A stretch of 63,147 nt of DNA, counting the filler, from Octopus bimaculoides (Eukaryota): NCBI RefSeq assembly GCF_001194135.2. It is 4 parts of 4 records of this genome, joined end to end, with 100 filler letters (N's around TTAATTAATTAA, not from the genome) between each part and the next. Parts side by side here need not be neighbours in the genome. Positions count along the whole stretch, not along the records: positions 30,729 to 45,951 come from NC_068991.1; positions 46,052 to 61,955 come from NC_068994.1; 2 more parts are not named here. One strand, given 5' to 3'. Position 1 is the first letter of the stretch; each line of letters starts with the position of its first letter. The notes under the pieces were generated by a model. That model did no database searches, was not told the origin of the DNA, and was given only the letters and a program-made list of their open reading frames with translations. Both the position numbers and the translations under genes were made by a program. This document shows positions 37,066 to 48,139 of this stretch, in pieces.

Positions 37066-38289
37066 GACACGTAATATTATCACCTTTCTCCTGCATATTT
37101 CTTGAAATAAATGACAAAAATGATGTTATTTACTTTGAACTAATGTGGTTTTTTCGTGAACACATAACTATGTTTAAGCATCTCTTATATGTACACAGTC
37201 ATAATCTTTTCATTAGATAGATGAAGACTTAGAGTAATTCCCAAAATGTGATTATATTTTGTTAAATACTAGTAGGACGATTAAATTTGCTAAAAATTAG
37301 ATTAATTCTTTTTTTAAATATCACGTCGCTGCGTTACTTGGCGATTCTCAAAATTTTCAATCTCAATAAAGTATTAAAAACTAATATTTGTATTCAGAAG
37401 AAAGCTTGAACAATGCTCAATATTTTCTGTTGCGTTTAGTTTCTATATTCGCTTCTTTCGTATTTTCCATTATAAAAATCTGTTTACCAATTATAGAGAG
37501 TTCGTGACTTAGAATGTTGNNNNNNNNNNNNNNNNNNNNNNNNNNNNNNNNNNNNNNNNNNNNNNNNNNNNNNNNNNNNNNNNNNNNNNNNNNNNNNNNN
37601 NNNNNNNNNNNNNNNNNNNNNNNNNNNNNNNNNNNNNNNNNNNNNNNNNNNNNNNNNNNNNNNNNNNNNNNNNNNNNNNNNNNNNNNNNNNNNNNNNNNN
37701 NNNNNNNNNNNNNNNNNNNNNNNNNNNNNNNNNNNNNNNNNNNNNNNNNNNNNNNNNNNNNNNNNNNNNNNNNNNNNNNNNNNNNNNNNNNNNNNNNNNN
37801 NNNNNNNNNNNNNNNNNNNNNNNNNNNNNNNNNNNNNNNNNNNNNNNNNNNNNNNNNNNNNNNNNNNNNNNNNNNNNNNNNNNNNNNNTATATATATATA
37901 TATATATATATACATATATACATATATTCATACACAAACACACATACACACATATATATATATATATTTGTGCGTGAGCTTGTGTGTATTTATGCGTGCG
38001 CGCGCGTTTGTATGTATATATGCATGTGTATGTATGCATGCATGCGCGAGGGCTTAATAATTTCTGGTTTGGTGCCAGGGTGCATATTCAACGTGGTGGT
38101 TGGATTGGACCATAAGCCAGTGAGAGAGGCACACAAGGGGCCTTATGGATAAGTCTAAGATATGTTCATTGAATTCGTGGACAAACTAGGTCAATAATTT
38201 TATAGCGGGTATTGGACACTACTATGAAGTAACTAACTAGAAAATCCACCACACATATATATATATAAGTATACATGCATACATATATA

Positions 38290-38630
38290 CGTACAGGTTA
38301 CGACTCTATTTCCTGGAGCGAAGACAAGGGCGATTTGCCATGATATACATGTGAAAGATCCTAGAGTGGATGGTACCCAACTTTGGCATTGAGAGTTATA
38401 TCGACTCCAGTACTTGACTGCTCCAAAGATCCCATCCATACCGTCTAGAGTGAGGACCAGGTACTGTAATAGCCTGGGATTCAAAGGACCACAGCCATTT
38501 AATATCTTGACCAGAATCTGAGAGATCAATATGGACCGAAGCAGATGATTTCAAGTAACAACTTGACCACCTACTATCCGAGGCCTTTGACGAAACTACA
38601 CCATGGAAAGAAATTCAAATCAGCATTAAA
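38290..38630 (+). mobile_element. CR1-like LINE 3' fragment
   Basis: LERRQGRFAMIY..KILEWMVPNFGIESY and YCNSLGFKGPQ.FNIL, the CR1 ORF2 C-terminal pattern. Confidence 0.75.
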
Positions 38631-38670
38631 CTCTCAGTGAAAAGGGTGATAATACTGGCGGTTCCCATCA

Positions 38671-38708
38671 TTTCATGCGTTTCAGTCTTTGGGCTGAAAC
38701 GCATGAAA
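38671..38708. other. Perfect 15-bp hairpin with 8-nt loop
   Basis: tttcatgcgtttcag-tctttggg-ctgaaacgcatgaaa. Confidence 0.85.
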
Positions 38709-39672
38709 AAATAAAAGCACATACATGCATACATACATACAAATCATACATACATACATATATACATGCATGTGTTTTAGTGTATATATGTATGTATATT
38801 AAAAAGTTAGGTGTCAACTGCCTTCATGTTTATCTTTGACGTGAAGCTGTTATGACTGTCCTAGATTTCCATACAATTGGCTAAGACATAATTCAGAATG
38901 CTGGTGCTAAATAGAATATTGTTTTGTTAGAAAACAGTTCTGTATGTAGTACAGCCAGTATAGTAGTTCATATTAAACGTCTGTTATTTGGTCTATATTA
39001 TATGTACTGTATAATTTAAATATAAACAGCGGTGGTGAGTTTTCAAAGTAAGTTACCGGTGTTTATAATGTGCATTGTATGACAAACACGCCATTATCTG
39101 TAGTTTAGAATTAACTATTGTTTAATTACGCAGTGAGAAAACTTACAATTGTAAGTAAATGTAATGCTTCAACAAATCATATATATACACAGGTAAAGAG
39201 AATAAATTAATGGGCTGCAGTAGTATATTTCTATCAAAGGGAAATGTTTTAAATAAAGAATAAAAATCAAATAAACGACATGTTTCCAATTTCATTTCCT
39301 GGCTGAATACACACAATATGAATTGTATTAAAGAGTTGACTATTGCTAGAATAAATCATAAAAAATTACTTTTAAACTTCTATACAAATTATAATGTTCG
39401 CGAATGATTTAGTAAATGTTGTTATGAGAGAATCAAACATAAAATTTTGCTTACAGAGGTTCCGACTTCGACCGTTCATACTTTGAGAATTGGGCTATAG
39501 TATTAAATGTTAAAAATGACTAAGTTAACAAAAGTAGATCTCATTAAGGATATAATAAATGTGAAAAGGGAAACTCAGGCATAGACTAATCACTGTAAAT
39601 GAGAATTAAACAGTAATTTATACGGAGTGACTTTACATTTAGGAGTGGAACGTAGAATTTCCTGTAATTCAG

Positions 39673-39730
39673 ACCGCTTCATAGTTCCAGCAGACAATAT
39701 TGAAAAGAAGTTGTCCCAGACTATATTACG
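39673..39730 (+). CDS. Candidate internal coding exon of an unidentified host gene (xRFIVPADNIEKKLSQTILR)
   Basis: ttcctgtaattcag acceptor, cg|gtaagg donor, open frame, phase-compatible with 42328-42424. Confidence 0.4.
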
Positions 39731-39829
39731 GTAAGGCTGTAATTTGTTAAGATTTAGCTTACATTTGTGGCAGAATTAGCAAAAACACTTCATTATCATA
39801 GAAAGTTTTTTTGGTTTCTGTACCCATAG

Positions 39830-40005
39830 GCGCAGGAGTGGCTGTGTAGTAGGTAGATTGCTTACCAGCCACATGGTTCCGTGTTCATTCCCACTGCGTG
39901 GCACCTTGGGCAAGTGTCTTCTACTATAGTCTCGGGCCGACTAAAGCCTTGTCAGTGGGTTCAGTAGACAAAACTGAAAGAAGCCCGGCGTATATATGTA
40001 TATAT
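39830..40005 (+). mobile_element. CORE-SINE 5' half
   Basis: gcgcaggagtggctgtgtagtagg head and ggcaccttgggcaagtgtcttc core. Confidence 0.85.
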
Positions 40006-41034
40006 GTATGTCCTGGTCCGTACAGGATGTTTCTCAACGCCTCCAATTCCCGTAGTAGTAACTATAAACCCTCTTCATACAGAAGAGACAAGATGGGACA
40101 ACCATGACGGAATGAACGCATGATCGCGATGCTAAATGTTTCCGATAGGTAATCTTAACACGAACTACTAAGCAAAAATGGCAAGTGTTGAGCGGAATTG
40201 GAGAGGGCACTTGCTCCTGGGGTTTCAATGATATCTCGGACTGTGGGGTTTCTGGATTATCTCTAGAGGCCTTCCTGTATCAGGAGGGCCACATCTCTAT
40301 CAACCTCGTTCGTTGCATGGCCGAACAATAAGTGACGGAAGTTGGAGGGAGATAGAGAATGTGATTTTTGAAGGCCGGAGTGTACAAACTTGGCTATTGC
40401 ATTTGTGTATGCAAAAGCCGTAACGTGTGTGTGTCTGTATGCATGTGTGAGAGAGAAAGAAAGGGAAAGAGAGAAAGAGAGAAAGAGAAAGGGAGAGAGA
40501 GAGGAACTGTTTGTCTGTGTATACTTGTGCATGTATGTATTTGTTTTTTATGTGTATTTGTGCGGATTGCCAGTAACGTTTTTATGTATTAAGGAGGACA
40601 TGTAGTATGTGTGTTCGTGTCTGTGCTTATAAAGAGTTTTGTATGCGTGAGGTAGTGAAGGAAAATGGTTAAGAGTAGTAGGGAGATTTTCGTTGTGAAC
40701 GAGCATGGGCTCATGCGGTAGATTCTTGATTGCGTGACAAATGATGTGTGTTCACGTACGTGTTTCTGCATGTGCGTGTGAGTGTGTGTAAGTACGTTTG
40801 CACAGTTGGGTGTGTATGCGTTTGTATGAATGCGCTTGCCAATGTATGCGTGTGTATGCATGTACAGGTGTGTATCTGTCACTATGGGCGAGGCGTTTCT
40901 TCTGCATCCTAGGATATGGGAATGTGCGTATGCATGTGTGTGGTAGATAGGTATGAATGTATGTGGGAGAAAGTACGAGATATGCATACGGAAGTGTGTG
41001 GAAAGCAAAATCAAATTCAAAAATAAAAATTTCG

Positions 41035-41160
41035 CCATGGGTCACTTTGAATTTTATCCTTTCGGGGTCGATAAATTAAGTAACAGTCGAGTACTGTGCT
41101 CACTGTGATGGACTTACTTCTTGCCACGAAATTGCTGTTTTTGTGTCAAAATTTGAATTT
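41035..41160 (+). mobile_element. Meta-SINE 3' fragment followed by (CAT)/(CGT) trinucleotide array to about 41275
   Basis: ttatcctttcggggtcgataaattaagt core. Confidence 0.7.
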
Positions 41161-41175
41161 ATCATCATCATCATT

Positions 41176-41214
<39 letters not shown>

Positions 41215-41649
41215 GTCGTCGTGGTCGTGGTCGTCATGGTCGTCGTCGTCATCATTATCATCCTCATCATCATTACTGAAAACAGATTGATTCCACTCCA
41301 TACGACTTTTGCAAGCTTCTAACAGAAACCTGGCTCTTTTATGCCCAGATTACCGAATAAAGAAGTACAGGAGGTCCATGATAGCGACTGAATGTCTAAG
41401 ATGGCTGCTATTGGTCAAGGTTAGTCACATGGTGATCTTAGTGGTGATATCAGCGTGTCAGCGACACCAGATGCATTAAAAACATTAGACAGAAAAATGC
41501 GTGGCTTGACAGAAAGCTGGTGCCGCACTGGTTGGTGTCTAGTGCGACTTGGTAAAGAATGTGGCTTTTGAAAGCAAGAGAGTACAAATGTGGCTATTGT
41601 GTTTGTGTGTGCAACCGCTGTAGAGTGTGTGTGTCTGTATATGTGTGTA

Positions 41650-41693
<44 letters not shown>

Positions 41694-41700
41694 AGAGAGA

Positions 41701-41732
<32 letters not shown>

Positions 41733-42105
41733 TAGAGCGTATTTGTTTGTGTGTATGTGAGGTACTTGTGCATGTGTGATATGTTNNNNNNNNNNNNNNN
41801 NNNNNNNNNNNNNNNNNNNNNNNNNNNNNNNNNNNNNNNNNNNNNNNNNNNNNNNNNNNNNNNNNNNNNNNNNNNNNNNNNNNNNNNNNNNNNNNNNNNN
41901 NNNNNNNNNNNNNNNNNNNNNNNNNNNNNNNNNNNNNNNNNNNNNNNNNNNNNNNNNNNNNNNNNNNNNNNNNNNNNNNNNNNNNNNNNNNNNNNNNNNN
42001 NNNNNNNNNNNNNNNNNNNNNNNNNNNNNNNNNNNNNNNNNNNNNNNNNNNNNNNNNNNNNNNNNNNNNNNNNNNNNNNNNNNNNNNNNNNNNNNNNNNN
42101 NNNNN

Positions 42106-42144
<39 letters not shown>

Positions 42145-42327
42145 ATATGTATGTATGTATGTATGTATAAGCATATGTATACATACACAGAATCACAGTC
42201 ATATGTGGATATCTGCATGCATATTCGCAGGTATAGACGGATATGCTCATGTGAATGATAAAAGAAAACGCTATGTGGGAAATGTGAGAAGCAAATATAT
42301 GTTTGTTATAATCTGCCTTGTATTCAG

Positions 42328-42424
42328 CTATCAAGAATTGCTATTACGTATCACTGCCTCTAATTTAATATCCCAGCAACAGATCGCTTCATTTAGCAAA
42401 CATGTCTTAGAACAACTTCGCTAA
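42328..42424 (+). CDS. Candidate terminal coding exon (YQELLLRITASNLISQQQIASFSKHVLEQLR*)
   Basis: ccttgtattcag acceptor; 1+96 nt to TAA; first base completes CGC begun in 39673-39730. Confidence 0.4.
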
Positions 42425-45100
42425 AAAGAATTGCAATACAACAAAACATTGCCGGAATTTTGGTTACTTCTAGAAGTTATTGATCTCCGCATCTACACAA
42501 AATCACGTTAATATTTAGCGATTAAAAGAAAAAAATTGTGCTGTTAATAACAAAATTTGATATAATAGCGAACAATTCTCCCAGACAACGAAAACTATCA
42601 TTTGCGACAAGAATCGTACAAAAGAATGCCCTACAGCTAAGTACGTGGCTAAAGATTTCTACTTTTTAATGTTTTAATTCTCATGTGAAATGCAATCTAA
42701 TTGAGTGTTGTTAACAGAGCGAAAGATAACCAGTTGTTAGTTCACATCCTTAAGCAGTGTACATTTTCACACCAAGTTTGATATATTTTACCTGGAGCTG
42801 AGGGGTATCTCAATAGAGAAACTGGAATAATGCCATGATAATAATCAAAGAGTATTTCGTATCATTTATAAATCACAGAAACCCTAAGTCTTATTCTGAC
42901 CGAGAGCATCCATCAACTGCAATAAGGAATTGAACTATTCCTTGGCAACTGCCCGCACTTACAGCTTTGAGTGTTTTGACAATTATGTTAGCAATAATCT
43001 GCGCATGCGAACTGCTTCTAAACTCAGTGAATCAGTTTGAATTCATGGTGTATTAACTCAGAAGATGACATTGTGAAACTTAATCCATATTCCTCATTGT
43101 TTTTATAAAACATACGCTGCTATGTACGTGTAATATAAAAATATTGAAATCAAAATCATTCGTCACTGTATCCAGACGGTAGAGCGAACCAAAACTTTGT
43201 TATCCTGACGAGATGGATTTAAACTTGTTTTGATCTTCAGCCAGCTAAAATTGCTTAAGAGAAATCCGACTCAATTTCATTAGATGTGATATTTTAGAGC
43301 AGTAACTTTTGGTACTCAAGAGATGTAACATGGTATAAAATGAAATTTCAAACATTATCAAATGATTGATGGCCATTTGCTATATTCGGAATACGCGTTA
43401 AGCAATTAAAATGACAGATTGCTTTAATAGGTATCGATTGTGCACAATGTGGAGCTGTTGTGCCATTAGACACATAATATAAGAAAGTTGGAATATAGAT
43501 TGGACACGTTAGAAGAATAAATCTAATGAGTAAAATCATTACTTCAAGTAGTTGTTTCGAGAAAGGGAATAAAGCCATCGTTTTTCTATTTGTCGTTCTC
43601 TGACATTAGGGCATTGGAGCGATTTGTTATGTCAAACAATTTGATGAATGACTCTAATTTGCAGGACTCCATAATTTGTGATGAAGGTAACCTTGCCCAA
43701 ACAATCTACAATCAGCTATATTTGGTAGAAATGTGTTTCTAGTCGTATTTACGGATTAAACCTATAGTATATAATAAAAATATCGGAGTTTAGTTTGTTG
43801 GTAAAGGAATTTAATTGAATCCACAGTTATTTAGACGTGGTAAATAGATTAAAATTATTATTTCAATAAATATTATCAGATATAATAAAGCAAACTATAC
43901 AATACCGTTCATAAGCTGAAATTTGGGTGTGCATTTCATTTAAAATCATTTACTTCAGTGCATGTAAACGTAAGTCATTGTTTGTTGGTCTTGTATGGTT
44001 TTATAAGTCAGACTGAGCATATGAGTATGACCGTTTAATTCTATGCGATAGCTACATAACTGATCGTAAACATTGAATTAAACTGGCTTTAACATTCTGC
44101 TAGTTTTAACATTCTGCTAGTTTTAACATGTCCCGGCAATGGAGGATTGACGTATTTTCAGTCATAATTTCTCAATCGGTACATGATTAGAAAATGTGAT
44201 TTTATTACGTTCACTAATGTTGTAATTGACTTACGCTAACATAAAATAAACGATAATAATCGAAAATTAAAATTCCTTATGAAGTCTTCGTGACAGGAGA
44301 TTATTACTCGCCATCTCATATTATATAGCCAAGGCTAATAGCAATAAAAGAAAACGTTCCATCCAAAATTAACTTTATGGATTTAATATCGCACTACTCA
44401 ATACTTTGTCTAGTATGCAATAATCAAATTAGACTTAATTGAACTAGATTGAAAAGAAGAATTCAACCTTTCACCATTGCTGTCGCTTTAAACACTTTCA
44501 TAAACTAGTTTCCGTAGCCAAAAAGTCATTTATGTTTTGCCGTGTCTCTAACCAGTTTTGCAGGTAAAATCCCATTCCACATTACTCTCACACAACTGTA
44601 GAAATATCCTACTTCCCAACATCCAAACATTCCATCCAAAACAACATATAGTCGTCAAACATAATCAATTAAACTGTAATCTCAATCATCTCCGTCCACT
44701 TCCTTTCATTGGATTTTCTACGAAAACTTTACATATTCACAATCTTCACAACGAAATATATATCTTCTTAAATAGCCTGCTCCATTTCAAAATCTCTTAA
44801 AAAAACTTTCCTCAGGGCTATGTTTTGAATATCTTCAGTCAAAGATGCAGGTGATGCTGAAACATTACTATTAACGGCTTTTGTTTTACTCAGTTATATT
44901 CAGCTGATTCTTTTCCCAGTATATACATTTCTTTCTGGCAAAAAGGACAGTCAAATGGGTTTCACAGAAGGTAATGGAAGTACAGCAATGTATGTATGCA
45001 TGTATGTATGTACGCATGTATTATGTATGTATGTATGTGTGTATGCAAATATGCATGTATGTATGCATGCATATGTGTATGTGTATATATATATATATAT

Positions 45101-45149
<49 letters not shown>

Positions 45150-45212
45150 NNNNNNNNNNNNNNNNNNNNNNNNNNNNNNNNNNNNNNNNNNNNNNNNNNN
45201 NNNNNNNNNNNN

Positions 45213-45256
<44 letters not shown>

Positions 45257-45694
45257 CGAGAGAGAGAGAGAGAGGGGTGGGGGGAGAAATTGAAGTGGTG
45301 TACATATTTTGTATATTAAGTAAAAGGAAGTTTTCAGAAATTTGCATAACTATTTATTACTATTCCCGCCTTCACCGCATTCTCTTCAGAGACTCATCAG
45401 ATGTGATTTTTTTACAGAATCATTTGTCATTTTATATCAGTAGGGACGAGAATGATATTTTGTTATCTATATCATAGCCGCAGGCATGCGTATGTGGTAT
45501 GAAGCTTGCTTCCCAGCCACATTAGTAATATCTAATGACTTACTGGTTCATTGTCCAGTATTTTTTGCGAATAGTAATATTCATAAAATAAGCGGTCTAA
45601 GTATAAATCTTGATTTATAAATATTCAAAAGAAAATTTAGAAACTAGAGATTTAGCATGAGTATAATTTATTAACTGCAAAAAATTCAACATAT

Positions 45695-45778
45695 TCTCTT
45701 ACAACTGTTTCAGTTTTGCCTAAAGATTAAATTACAATTATTATATCATTGTATTAGGCAAAATCTCATCAGATGATA
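45695..45778 (-). ncRNA. Degenerate hammerhead ribozyme-like motif
   Basis: CTGATGA, 10-bp stem II (ttttgcctaa/ttaggcaaaa), GAAAC-agtt-GTA; stem I poorly paired. Confidence 0.45.
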
Positions 45779-46259
45779 GAAAAGATACACCGTTAGTTAG
45801 CTGTTACATTTTCAAATCATCCTAGCAGACTGAATATTATTTTGTTGCTGATATTGGTATAAACCTGGGCCAGGGGGTCATAGGTTGTTTTAGTGGGTAA
45901 TGGATAATGTGAATATACATCCTCATATATATATATATATATATATATATANNNNNNNNNNNNNNNNNNNNNNNNNNNNNNNNNNNNNNNNNNNNTTAAT
46001 TAATTAANNNNNNNNNNNNNNNNNNNNNNNNNNNNNNNNNNNNNNNNNNNNACACACACACACGCACAAATGGATGAATGAATAATCCTTTGTTTACAGT
46101 TAACACGGAAAAGTCAATAAACAATTACCAGGGTAGCAAAATTCACACAAGTAACAAGGATGTAGCGACCTATTCAAAGGTAGAAACTCCGGGTTAATGT
46201 GCAGTAAATTGTATAGTATAAGTAAATAAATGGAGTTAAACGCAGATGTTATTCAAATT

Positions 46260-46800
46260 CTTTTACTTCCGACATGTTTCGAAGACAACATTGGTTTAAT
46301 TCCAAAGGAATAAACGATGTAAAATAATGTAATCTTCTCATCAGGAAAGAAGGAGAACCAATCTCAACAACAAGACATAATAACAATGTTGATGACTGCA
46401 TAAATGATAAACAGAACGCTATTAAGTATTTTTAAATAAACGTTAGTAGATCTGACGTCAAAGGTAGACCATAGGAAGAGAAGGAATAAAGAAATAATTA
46501 GTAGAGAACAAATAAAGAAGAGGTATAGAGGGATATGTCGGTTGAAAAAATGTTCAAAGGCTTGGAAGTAGATTTCTCTATTGAAGTAGTGCAAGGTGAA
46601 CTAAATGTTCAAACTATACAGATTGGTATAAATCACTTATATGATCTAAAGGTGTGTTTCTGCCAATGCTTACATTTGTAAGATTGCTCTATAAGCGTGT
46701 TAACAAGGTGATTCTTAGAGAAGAGAATATGGAAAAGTTCAGAATTACAAATGTTACAAAAACCTCGAACCCACAAGAGTAAACAAGAGGGACAGAGACA
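46260..46800 (-). mobile_element. Probable Penelope-like 3' end / pseudo-LTR remnant
   Basis: Carries the hammerhead downstream of a weak ORF-end remnant; assignment rests mainly on the ribozyme. Confidence 0.4.
46266..46349 (-). ncRNA. Type I minimal hammerhead ribozyme (Penelope-associated type)
   Basis: ctttc-CTGATGA-gaaga...tcttc-GAAAC-at-GTC-ggaag; intact core, extended stem II, 5-bp stem I with one G-U pair. Confidence 0.75.
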
Positions 46801-47906
46801 GGTAGAAACAAGAAAAATGCCCCTTGTATTTGAATACTATGCAAATATTCTTTTAAAAAACTTTTCTTTTAATATTTCCAAAATTTAATTGTTTTCCATA
46901 CTCACAGTTGAAAAAGTCTCAATGACTGAAACTGGTACTGAAATGTTTTTTATAAAATTATTTTAGCATTTTCTACCTTGACTTCTTTTTCCTTCCTTCC
47001 TTCCTTNNNNNNNNNNNNNNNNNNNNNNNNNNNNNNNNNNNNNNNNNNNNNNNNNNNNNNNNNNNNNNNNNNNNNNNNNNNNNNNNNNNNNNNNNNNNNN
47101 NNNNNNNNNNNNNNNNNNNNNNNNNNNNNNNNNNNNNNNNNNNNNNNNNNNNNNNNNNNNNNNNNNNNNNNNNNNNNNNNNNNNNNNNNNNNNNNNNNNN
47201 NNNNNNNNNNNNNNNNNNNNNNNNNNNNNNNNNNNNNNNNNNNNNNNNNNNNNNNNNNNNNNNNNNNNNNNNNNNNNNNNNNNNNNNNNNNNNNNNNNNN
47301 NNNNNNNNNNNNNNNNNNNNNNNNNNNNNNNNNNNNNNNNNNNNNNNNNNNNNNNNNNNNNNNNNNNNNNNNNNNNNNNNNNNNNNNNNNNNNNNNNNNN
47401 NNNNNNNNNNNNNNNNNNNNNNNNNNNNNNNNNNNNNNNNNNNNNNNNNNNNNNNNNNNNNNNNNNNNNNNNNNNNNNNNNNNNNNNNNNNNNNNNNNNN
47501 NNNNNNNNNNNNNNNNNNNNNNNNNNNNNNNNNNNNNNNNNNNNNNNNNNNNNNNNNNNNNNNNNNNNNNNNNNNNNNNNNNNNNNNNNNNNNNNNNNNN
47601 NNNNNNNNNNNNNNNNNNNNNNNNNNNNNNNNNNNNNNNNNNNNNNNNNNNNNNNNNNNNNNNNNNNNNNNNNNNNNNNNNNNNNNNNNNNNNNNNNNNN
47701 NNNNNNNNNNNNNNNNNNNNNNNNNNNNNNNNNNNNNNNNNNNNNNNNNNNNNNNNNNNNNNNNNNNNNNNNNNNNNNNNNNNNNNNNNNNNNNNNNNNN
47801 NNNNNNNNNNNNNNNNNNNNNNNNNNNNNNNNNNNNNNNNNNNNNNNNNNNNNNNNNNNNNNNNNNNNNNNNNNNNNNNNNNNNNNNNNNNNNNNNNNNN
47901 NNNNAT

Positions 47907-47955
<49 letters not shown>

Positions 47956-48028
47956 CATGTATGTGTGCATATATATGTATATATATACATATATATGCGT
48001 GTTTTTGTGCGTGTGTGTGTATATATAC

Positions 48029-48065
<37 letters not shown>

Positions 48066-48139
48066 AAAACTATCCGTCAATTTCACTGTTGTGAACAAGT
48101 GTAACAGTGAATTGATGGATTTTGTATAAATAAAAATAG

